64,000 nucleotides of DNA from Amphiscolops sp. MND2022 (Eukaryota). Of this stretch, positions 10,131 to 21,900 are shown piece after piece (position 1 is the first letter of the stretch; every line of letters starts with the position of its first letter). The stretch is from positions 59,830,001-59,894,000 of the forward strand of contig OZ076413.1 in the NCBI GenBank assembly GCA_964187785.1. Reading direction: 5' to 3'. The translations under genes and the position numbers were made by a program. Under the pieces are notes generated by a model that was not told where the DNA came from, searched no databases, and saw only the letters and a list, made by a program, of their open reading frames with translations.

Positions 10131-13100
10131 GAAGATCTTGTTGAAATAGTCCATCGGAAAAGATGTGACAAGACCGTTTTAAAAAGTTTATGAAATTGGC
10201 AACAAAATTGTCTTAGTAGTGATGCAACGAGAATATCGCTCTAGTTGAATTGATATTTACAAACAGATTTTTATTCCTTCTTAGCAATCTTTGTTCCTCA
10301 ACTAAAAATTCCTGGTATCGAGAAAATAGACTTGTTCACCAAAAAACACTTGTTGGCTTACATTATTCCAGTCCGGCGTCTAAAATCAGGTATGCAAAGT
10401 CCTAGTTGGGGCGACAATGCGTCGCACATGTTGAAAACAACTTCATTCAATTGATTATCATTCCTGAAGTCGCGACAAATTGGCGGTTTTTCGAAAGTCT
10501 GTTCAAAATTGGATGATAAAACTTATATGCGTGAACAATTTTTGTAGAGAGTTTGAGAAGCTTGGAATAGAAGATGACCTGCTAAATTGTTCGCGGGACT
10601 AAAACGGAAGAAAATATATCCTAGCGAAAGATGGCTGAACGATAACGGAGAGGAAAATTAACTCAAAAGGGTTATAAATTCAACCAAGAATATACTCAAA
10701 GTAATACAATTTTACTCCATTAATAAAACCTCATCCTAAGTAAAAACGCGCTACATAATCTTTTAGTTGGAAACATCAATACATAACGTTGAGTAAAAAT
10801 ACAACGATGACTCTACGTCCACCAATCCAATGAAGCATCTTAAATTGGGAGCAATTCCCGCTTTTAACACACAAGATCAGTACTTTGCACTTCGCAATCT
10901 GCAGATAGTAATAACAGCACATTTGACTAAACATGACCATTGTTGACGTTGACCTTACGTTACATCACATACTGATATTAAGGTAGCATGCAATTTATTC
11001 ATAACTAGGTCCTTTTCGTCATTCACTCAATTTTTATAATACTCAAACTGAAATGCCCACTGACACTCAAGTTGAATTTAGGGAAAAACTCAGATGTGAC
11101 GTACTGTTAACGTGTTTTCCAAGTCACTTTGTGGTTCTGTGAAATTGGTAAACATACATCAACTTTGGTTGACTATCTCAGGGACTGAGAATATTTTCAT
11201 TACCTCTCTCACGACACAGCTCTCGCGAATGAACGAGATACAAATTATGTCATTCTACAATTCTCATGAACGAAGATGATTTCGTAGAAGAAGTTCCATT
11301 TAGTGAGCAAGGTAGCACACAGATCGAGCCAACCTTCAGATCTGACGTAGTATTGACGTGTTTAGTTAAATTAGCTATACATGACAAAGGGCTGACGAAG
11401 ACATCACGTCAAGTTTTTGAAATGCTCCCGATTCTCTTACTAGTGAGGTCACAAATACCAATTCTCTCGGCTTGAGCATGATTGCGCCGTACCATTAACG
11501 ACGTCATTGGTTCACTATGCTGCCAAATCTGAGTATAGATTTTTGTTTAAAAAATCGTTTCTATCTCGTCACAATTATTTGTTTAAACTAGGGCTTTGTA
11601 ATCATGATAATTTCATCAACTGTCCTAAAAAGACCTATTATACTATGAGAGTATTTTTTGTTTATATCATGTCGTACATTGTCCTTTAAACTGTGAAGTA
11701 AATATGTTTTAGTTTTTTAGGTTGAAAATTGATATACAAATTTTTCTTTTCAAATTTCGATTTTTGCTTAAAATTTTACCTTGTTATGTATATTGACGAA
11801 AAAAACGGAAATCTAGATGCGTTAAGCCTGAAATTTTACACCTGAAGTTTGTCGAAAAGTTTCACCCAACGGAAAAACATCATTGTACGTCAGTTTTCGA
11901 CAACTATTCATCGTCTTGAAAAACAATCCTTGCATTTTCTTTAGTTGCGTTGGAAGTAAACCTTTCCTACAAACTTAATACTTTTTGAATTTGTCGTGCC
12001 CAAGTCCAGTTGTTCTCCTATGAATCCCATGTTGGCAATACTTGCACCAGCTGTGAGCAGGCTGTGACATACAGTAAGTGAATTTTTCATAGTCCCTAGA
12101 AGCTTAAAGAAAAGGAACGTTCACTTGTTTTCGCATGATCTTCGGACGAATCAAAATATTCGAATTTTTACCAAGTTGTTGTCAATTTGCCAAACCCTAA
12201 CAAACTTTTGATTAAAATCAAATAATGTGTCACGAGTCATCAGTGAGGTTATTAGTTATTGTCGGCCGAAATGACACAAATTTCACTAGTTTTTTTACGA
12301 AATGTCAGGAGAAGCCCGATTTCAAAACACGACTGTTTATACGACTTGTTTCAGTCGCAAAGCACAAAGAATGAAGCACAATTTTCCGTGAAGTAAAAAA
12401 TTGATAATCAGTTGAGCCGAAGTACAATTGACATTATATAATAAGATGTAAGGGACTTCTGTTGCCACATCAAAAAGCTTGAAAAATTCGTTCAAGTTGA
12501 TTCTGGTTCTTGACAGAACATGTTAAAGTACCTGCCAGAAGTATGAACAAACACAAAAAGTCGCCACGGGAACGAGTAATCAAAAGGAACAGCTAAAAGG
12601 ACAAAAAAGGGAGTGAAATCACGATTGGAGAGTGTGCCAGCGCTTAGAAAATTATTTCTTTTTTTTACATATTGCAACTACAGTGCCGACAACCCAAAAT
12701 GCCGTTTGTAAGGAGATAAGTCCATAGGTTATTTCTCTGATATCAAATGCAGACCTAGAATCCTTCTTTACTAATTTTGCAATAGCCCGCTTGATTTGTT
12801 ACCGATTCCTTGCTTGTCAGAAGACGTACCCACCTCAGCATCTTTTTGGCTCAGAGACAAATTCCCTATTATCTTCTGCATTTCAGGAATTACTCTATCG
12901 CTAAAAGTGACCCTGTTGACCTGGGAATGCATCACGTTCATTGAAGAGTCCATTTCCTGAGAGAACTTCATGTTCTTCTCGTTTGAGGCCATGTCCGAAG
13001 CCAGCGACGTGCTTAATGTCCACTGCTAGGAACTTAGTTTAGAAGATTGTGAGAAGTAGCTCCTTCAAAAAAATGTCAAAACATGTTTACATGTTTGCCG

Positions 13101-13579
13101 GAGTATGAGTTGAGTACAATTTCTTACGAAACTGCGCCGACCAAAACATCAAATTTTTACATGCTTACCGATGTGTCTTGTCGAATCATTTCTTGAAGTT
13201 TGATTGAAAATAGCTGTTGTCACTTTATGACTGTGGTTAATGCTACGTAACAATGTTTTCATTGACTCAAACAACTAGTTGACTCACTCATGATTCCAGA
13301 CATACAACAGGAAAAATGCGTTATTTTAAAGAAATAATGCTCACCTGGTAAATGCTCCATGGATTTCAAGATTTGGCATTCCGTGCTATTCCAAGTGTAT
13401 ATGGCCTCGGTTGTGGCGGCAAAAGCTGCGATGTTCATTCGTAACATTTTTGAAAACAGAGCATTTGAATTTGAGTAAAGGCTACAATGACCAGCTTATA
13501 TATACTAAGAGTCATATGGTACCAAAATGCACCTTATGGCTGTCAACAAACTCGGACTATACTTTAACTTTATGAAAGA

Positions 13580-13625
13580 TTATATTATATTATATTATAT
13601 TAAATTAATATATTATATATTATAC
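13580..13625. repeat. (ATTAT)n AT-rich microsatellite
   Basis: attatattatattatattatattaaattaatatattatatattata. Confidence 0.85.
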
Positions 13626-15149
13626 CTCACAATGAGCTGTTAAAAAAGTGAATGTTGAAGGCGTAGGAGGCAGAGGATGCATGAGAGGTGTGGGATCATT
13701 TTTTGAAGTATGGCACTTTCATGAAACCTGCTCTTCTGTTACTATCCTCACAAAATACAAGTCATATTAGGACTCATCATTTTTTCTGGAAGTGGCACCT
13801 TTCGCTAGAAGCTCAACATGATTTGAACCCATGTTTTCAAAGTATGGTTATTTCATGGAATGCATGTTTTTAAAGTATGTTTTTGAAGTTTTAAAGATGA
13901 AAAACCGAAAAAGTCACCGTGTTAGACAGAGGAACTCTAATTTCTGACTAATTAATGTTGACAGTGAAAACTTGTTTAAAAAGCACTGTTTTCATAGTTT
14001 GAACATATATGGAAACCATTCCTTCCATAAAATGACCATAGTATGGGAAACATGTTTCTCATAAAATGACCATAGATCTTTTTGTATGATCATTTTATGG
14101 CTGAACTGATTTCATAAACACCATAAATGACATTTTATGATCTACATGTTTTTCGTATGGTGGTCAACCCGGGATATTATTTATATTTATAAAAAACTTC
14201 GCGTGACCGCAAAATTTAGCCTTTTACTGTTCCAATTGGTGACGGCAGTTAGTTTTTTAATTATTATTGCAATTTCTTAATCGTGCCTCAATTTAATTGA
14301 GACTGATGTTATTTTTGCCTAAAATAACTCCTCAAAAAGTCACAGAGTGACCGCTTAGAGGTACACTACGAAATGGTAAATTGAATTGCAGAATTATTGA
14401 TTATAATCACCAACCTGGCTCCGTTGATGCAGTGACTGATGAAAGTGCTCAGTAACAACAAAACAAATAGGTACTCTACTAGCATGCTTTTCATCAGAGA
14501 TTTTTGAACGATATGAAAAAAGCCCAAAGTTGCGCGAAAAGCATGAATTTATTTGTTATTTTTTACAACCAAGCACTTGTGAATTTAACATACAATATAA
14601 CAGAAGAGAACTAAAAAACAATTGAAATTATTGAAAACAAAATGCTTAAAAGTACCAGGAAGCCCTGAAAAGTGTTAAACTTTTCGACATTTCCAAAGGT
14701 TTTGTGCAAGTTTCTCATATGAAATTTCACTGCATTTAATTGACTATGCGAGCACTCAAAATGAATTGTGGCCAAATCAGGTTGTACTGAAAACATCATC
14801 GTGCTAAACTTGCTAAGCATCCTGTCTAGTTTACTCAGACTCTCTGTTTGAAGATTTAGAAATCTCTCATCTGTCAGTTTGTAGAATTCTAAACTGTCAA
14901 CTTGTGAACAGGGTCCAAATTTAAACAGCTGCCAAGATCGGAAATTCGAAATTTCACATCCTTCAAAGTTTCGTTATTGGGTAGTCTTTTAGCATTCAAA
15001 TAGCGGAGCTCTGAAATACTATGTTGTCTAAAAATTACTCCCTGTGTTTCTCGATTTCCTGAATTTCTCACAGAGCTTGTCATTGCGACCGTGGAGAAGT
15101 GTACGGATGGGGATTTCATGCTCAAAACAGACCTGTAGACCAATTTGCG

Positions 15150-15343
15150 CTGAACATCGGCCCATTTCGCTTCGTAGAGTCAATGTCCCATTTAATTGTT
15201 AACTCCCCTCTTTAACCTTTTTCGGCACTGTGCGACATTTTCCGGAAGAAAAAATTTTTCGAACATTTCAAGTTTTTTTCCAAAAAAAAATGTTTTGCGC
15301 TTTTTGAGCCTTAGATATAGCGCCGACTTTAGACGTTCCCATC
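15150..15343 (+). mobile_element. Helentron-like non-autonomous element, 3' part
   Basis: ttttcggcactgtgcgaca and ttttgagccttagatata match the 41 kb and 56 kb copies. 3' subTIR GCGCCGACT at 15320-15328, followed by a T-run. The 5' end was not found. Confidence 0.55.
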
Positions 15344-15379
15344 TTTTTATGTTTTTTAGAAGTGTAAAAGGTGTAAAAG

Positions 15380-16719
15380 TGTGATCATGATTTAAGATGC
15401 ATTTTACTAAGTGCTGTTTGACTCTCTACCTTGGGTCACAACCCGAATTGATGCTCATTTGCCGGTCATTTGCTCGAAGTGATGGTCAATTTGCTAAATT
15501 TAAATTGTTTTCATCAATGGAATTTTGATGACAGTTTAATACGTGATTTTTGAAACATTGATCTTACGTCACTATGCGGAAAACATAATGACGTACGTGC
15601 TTCATTGTGCTGCTTTTAATTATTAATTGTGCGGTATAATGCGGAAAGTTTCAGACGCATATACGGCAACATGCAGAATTGTTGTCGCATTTGCTGCAAT
15701 ATGCCGAAATCCATCATTTTACCCACACAGTACTATAGTCGAATTATACATCACTGAGCGGGAAAAAAGTGACGTAGATGCGTAAACCTACGGATTTCCA
15801 AAGTTCTGGCCATATTTGTGCGATATCTATACTAACTGTCATGCAACGTAATTTTTATGAGATATAAATAGAATAACGACTTATGACGTAATTTTTTTCA
15901 TATACTTTGGGAACCATGACACCCACAAAAACGCATGCCATCCCAGATACTCTTTTCCAAGATAAGTGAGTGCAGAAAGCAATCATTCTCTTGAATAGCT
16001 TTCACCGGACGCAGTTGTCTAAAACTCTAATCCAATCCTTGGGAAAGCTGTCTTTTCAATCACCTTTTGTTGCACTTTTCAATCCGTTTTGATGAAGTCT
16101 CTTGAACAAATCCAAACCCTTCCCCAACAACCACAAAACATTATCACTTGAGCAAGATGCGAAACAGAAGAAACAGGAGGGCAGGAGATTAGAAACACCA
16201 ACTCCCGCCATTGAATTGAGCGAAGCACAGGTAGAAACACCAAATCAAGTAAATGAAATTTGACTAATGTTAATACCGTTCATCAAGAAACTTTGGCTCT
16301 TGACGAAATACGGCCTCAACTAAACAGAACCCTGTCAAATGAGTAAAGAGATGCAAATGTGGACTGAAATATTTGATCAAAAGAATCATGATAGAATAAT
16401 GAAGATGAGGGAAGAGAAGGAAAACAAGTTTGAAGCAATTTAGAAAGAAATATTAACTAAAAGTGCATCAACGATAACAAATCCTAGATCTGAAATAAAC
16501 GGACTCAGAACATCCAAACTTCGGGTCGGGATCCAAAAACGTTTGGTCTACTGGAGTTCACCCATTTAACGTTGAAATTTCAGACACAGATGTTGAAGAT
16601 CACCCACTTAGAGCTTCTGATATGAGGGAATTAAGGAATCTTGCTAGACCACCAAAACGTACAAAACTTAGATGAAACAATTATTTCAAAGGAAGACTAT
16701 GAGGAAAAGCATTATCACA
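15380..16719 (+). repeat. 5' LTR (1340 bp) containing the gag start
   Basis: Begins TGTGAT (15380) and ends ATCACA (16714-16719), a perfect 6-bp terminal inverted repeat. Followed by the PBS-like TAGTGAAAGGA. The gag ATG is at 16157, inside the LTR. Confidence 0.75.
15863..15870 (+). promoter_or_regulatory. Candidate TATA box of the LTR
   Basis: TATAAATA ~290 bp upstream of the gag ATG. Retained as TATAAAT in most array units (e.g. 17655). Confidence 0.45.
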
Positions 16720-18965
16720 TAGTGAAAGGAACCAACCGACAACTCCATAAACAGAACTCACAACGTTCTCAGTCTCTAAATGATACCAAGGAATCGCCCT
16801 CAGACCAAAAACGTCAACATTGACAGAAAAACCCCTTGACCGAGTTATCCAAACTGCACTAGCAGTAGAAAAACTGCCAAACCGAAATTCTCAATAATCA
16901 CTCTTCCACCCAAGAAATGCACTAACTTTCAACGGAAAAAATGAGAAAAAGAAGAAATTTAAACACTTCGAAGACCTATTTCATACAACGCTTCAAATGC
17001 AACCGAACCTAACTGAGGAGATGAAAATTAACCATTTTCACGCACATCTCAGGGTTTTGGCTCTAAAAACATTGAAGAACATACAAAAAACTCCAACTAG
17101 AGCTTTAGGAGACATTTTGAAAGTCTTTCGTTGAAAATCGGTTAAGCCGGAAGCCAGTGCATCAGCAAAGCGTAGATTCAACAGACTCCTCTTTGCCCTG
17201 AAAACCAAAAACACCCGGACTTTTTCGAACACTGTAGTTCGGATATAACCTTTGGTCACAACCCGAATTGATGAGTCATTTTGCTAGATTTATATTGTTT
17301 CAATGAATAGAATTTTCATCACTGCTTGAAACGAGAATTTTGAAACATTGCTCATACGTCAGTATGCAAAACAATTAGAGACGTACGTGCTTCATTGCGC
17401 TGATTTTAATTTTATATAATGCGGTATAATGCGGAAAATTTCAGATGCATACACAGCAAAATGCGGAAAATTGTTGTCGCATCTGCTGCAATATGCCGAA
17501 ATCCATCATTTTACCCACACAAAACTATAGTCGAATTATACATCACTGAGCGGAAAAATAGTGACATGTATGCGTAAACCTACGGATTTTCAAGGTTCTC
17601 GCCACATTTGTGCGATATCTATTTCAACTGTCATGCAACGTAATTTTTATGAACTATAAATCAAATATCGAATTATGACGTAACTCTTTTCTTTTATTTA
17701 GGGGACCATGACACCCACAAAAGCGATTGCCATCCCAGATACTCTTTTCCAAGATTCGTGAGTGCAGAAAACAATCATTCTTTTGTATAACTTTCACCAG
17801 AAGCAGATGTCTAAACCTCTAACCCAATCGTTGGGAAAGCTTTCTTTTTATTCACCTTTTGTTGCACTTTGCAATTCGTTTTGATGAAGTCTCTTGAACA
17901 AGTCCAAACCCTTCGCCAACAACCACAAAACAACATCACTTGAGCAAGATGGGAAACAGAAGAAACAGGAGAGCAGGAGATTAGAAACACCAACTCCCGC
18001 CATTGAATTGAGCGAAGCACAGGTAGAAACACCAAATCAAGTAAATGAAATTTGACTAATGTTAATACCGTTCATCAAGAAACTTTGGCTCTTGACGAAA
18101 TACGGCCTCAACTAAACAGAACCCTGTCAAATGAGTAAAGAGATGCAAATGTGGACTGAAATATTTGATCAAAAGAGTCATGATAGAATAATGAAGATGA
18201 GGGAAGAGAAGGAAAACAAGTTTGAAGCAATTTAGAAAGAAATATTAACTAAAAGTGCATCAACGATAACAAATCCTAGATCTGAAATAAACGGACACTG
18301 AACATCCAAACTTCGGGTCGGGATCCAAAAACGTTTGGTCTACTGGAGTTCACCCATTTAACGTTGAAATTTCAGACACAGATGTTGAAGATCACCCACT
18401 TAGAGCTTCTGATATGAGGGAATTAAGGAATCTTGCTAGACCACCAAAACGTACAAAACTTAGATGAAACAATTATTTCAAAGGAAGACTATGAGGAAAA
18501 GCATTATCACATAGTGAAAGGAACCAACCGACAACTCCATAAACAGAACTCACAACGTTCTCAGTCTCTAAATGATACCAAGGAATCGCCCTCAGACCAA
18601 AAACGTCAACATTGACAGAAAAACCCCTTGACCGAGTTATCCAAACTGCACTAGCAGTAGAAAAACTGCCAAACCGAAACTCTCAATAATCACTCTTCCA
18701 CCCAAGAAATGCACTAACTTTCAACGGAAAAAATGAGAAAAAGAAGAAATTTAAACACTTCGAAGACCTATTTCATACAACGCTTCAAATGCAACCGAAC
18801 CTAACTGAGGAGATGAAAATTAACCATTTTCACGCACATCTCAGGGTTTTGGCTCTAAAAACATTGAAGAACATACAAAAAACTCCAACTAGAGCTTTAG
18901 GAGACATTTTGAAAGTCTTTCGTAGAAAATCGGTTAAGCCGGAAGCCAGTGCATCAGCAAAGCGT

Positions 18966-21900
18966 AGATTCAACAGACTCTTCTTTGCCCTGAAAACCAA
19001 AAACACCCGGACTTTTTCGAACACTGTAGTTCGGATATAACCTTTGGTCACAACCCGAATTGATGAGTCATTTTGCTAGATTTATATTGTTTCAATGAAT
19101 AGAATTTTCATCACTGCTTGAAACGAGAATTTTGAAACATTGCTCATACGTCAGTATGCAAAACATTTAGAGACGTACGTGCTTCATTGCGCTGATTTTA
19201 ATTTTATATAATGCGGTATAATGCGGAAAATTTCAGATGCATACACAGCAAAATGCGGAAAATTGTTGTCGCATCTGCTGCAATATGCCGAAATCCATCA
19301 TTTTACCCACACAAAACTATAGTCGAATTATACATCACTGAGCGGAAAAATAGTGACATGTATGCGTAAACCTACGGATTTTCAAGGTTCTCACCACATT
19401 TGTGCGATATCTATTTCAACTGTCATGCAACGTAATTTTTATGAACTATAAATCAAATATCGAATTATGACGTAACTCTTTTCTTTTATTTAGGGGACCA
19501 TGACACCCACAAAAGCGATTGCCATCCCAGATACTCTTTTCCAAGATTCGTGAGTGCAGAAAACAATCATTCTTTTGTATAACTTTCACCAGAAGCAGAT
19601 GTCTAAACCTCTAACCCAATCGTTGGGAAAGCTTAATTTTTATTCACCTTTTGTTGCACTTTGCAATTCGTTTTGATGAAGTCTCTTGAACAAGTCCAAA
19701 CTCTTCGCCAACAACCACAAAACATTATCACTTGAGCAAGATGGGAAACAGAAGAAACAGGAGAGCAGGAGATTAGAAACACCAACTCCCGCCATTGAAT
19801 TGAGCGAAGCACAGGTAGAAACACCAAATCAAGCAAATGAAATTTGTCTAATGTTAATACCGTTCATCAAGAAACTTTGGCTCTTGACGAAATACGGCCT
19901 CAACTAAACAGAACCCTGTCAAATGAGTAAAGAGATGCAAATGTGGACTGAAATATTTGATCAAAAGAATCATGATAGAATAATGAAGATGAGGGAAGAG
20001 AAGGAAAACAGGTTTGAAGCAATTTAGAAAGAAATATTAACTAAAAGTGCATCAACGATAACAAATCCTAGATCTGAAATAAACGGACTCAGAACATCAA
20101 ACTTCGGGTCGGGATCCAAAAACGTTTGGTCTACTGGAGTTCACCCATTTAACGTTGAAATTTCAGACACAGATGTTGAAGATCACCCACTTAGAGCTTC
20201 TGATATGAGGGAATTAAGGAATCTTGCTAGACCACCAAAACGTACAAAACTTAGATGAAACAATTATTTCAAAGGAAGACTATGAGGAAAAGCATTATCA
20301 CATAGTGAAAGGAACCAACCGACAACTCCATAAACAGAACTCACAACGTTCTCAGTCTCTAAATGATACCAAGGAATCGCCCTCAGACCAAAAACGTCAA
20401 CATTGACAGAAAAACCCCTTGACCGAGTTATCCAAACTGCACTAGCAGTAGAAAAACTGCCAAACCGAAACTCTCAATAATCACTTTTCCACCCAAGAAA
20501 TGCACTAACTTTCAACGGAAAAAATGAGAAAAAGAAGAAATTTAAACACTTCGAAGACCTATTTCATACAACGCTTCAAATGCAACCGAACCTAACTGAG
20601 GAGATGAAAATTAACCATTTTCACGCACATCTCAGGATTTTGGCTCTAAAAACATTGAAGAACATACAAAAAACTCCAACTAGAGCTTTAGGAGACATTT
20701 TGAAAGTCTTTCGTAGAAAATCGGTTAAGCCGGAAGCCAGTGCATTAGCAAAGCGTAGATTCAACAGACTCTTCTTTGCCCTGAAAACCAAAAACACCCG
20801 GACTTTTTCGAACACTGTAGTTCGGATATAACCTTTGGTCACAACCCGAATTGATGAGTCATTTTGCTAGATTTATATTGTTTCAATGAATAGAATTTTC
20901 ATCACTGCTTGAAACGAGAATTTTGAAACATTGCTCATACGTCAGTATGCAAAACATTTAGAGACGTACGTGCTTCATTGCGCTGATTTTAATTTTTAAT
21001 AATGCGGTATAATGCGGGAAATTTCAGACGCATATTTAGCAAAAGGCGGAAAATTGTTGTCGCATCTGCTGCAATATGCCGAAATCCATCATTTTACCCA
21101 CACAAAACTATAGTCGAATTATACATGACTGAGCGGAAAAATAGTGACATGTATGCGTAAACCTACGGATTTTCAAGGTTCTCGCCACATTTGTGCGATA
21201 TCTATTTCAACTGTCATGCAACGTAATTTTTATGAACTATAAATCAAATATCGAATTATGACGTAACTCTTTTCTTTTATTTAGGGGACCATGACACCCA
21301 CAAAAGCGATTGCCATCCCAGATACTCTTTTCCAAGGTTCGTGAGTGCAGAAAACAATCATTCTTTTGTATAACTTTCACCAGAAGCATATGTCTAAACC
21401 TCTAACCCAATCGTTGGGAAAGCTTTCTTTTTATTCACCTTTTGTTGCACTTTGCAATTCGTTTTGATGAAGTCTCTTGAACAAGTCCAAACCCTTCGCC
21501 AACAACCACAAAACATTATCACTTGAGCAAGATGGGAAACAGAAGAAACAGGAGAGCAGGAGGTTAGAAACACCAACTCCCGCCATTGAATTGAGCGAAG
21601 CACAGGTAGAAACACCAAATAGATTCAACAGACTCTTCTTTGCCCTGAAAACCAAAAACACCCGGACTTTTTCGAACACTGTAGTTCGGATATAACCTTT
21701 GGTCACAACCCGAATTGATGAGTCATTTTGCTAGATTTATATTGTTTCAATGAATAGAATTTTCATCACTGCTTGAAACGAGAATTTTGAAACATTGCTC
21801 ATACGTCAGTATGCAAAACATTTAGAGACGTACGTGCTTCATTGCGCTGATTTTAATTTTATATAATGCGGTATAATGCGGAAAATTTCAGATGCATACA

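Noticed and set aside
13660-14175. MITE-like element with CATAAAATGACCATAG repeats
   Set aside because: Internal direct and inverted motifs are present, but no clear terminal inverted repeats or TSD.
15362-15379. GTGTAAAAG x2 next to the LTR start as a target-site duplication
   Set aside because: Both copies lie on the same side of the element, and no matching 3' LTR or flank was found.
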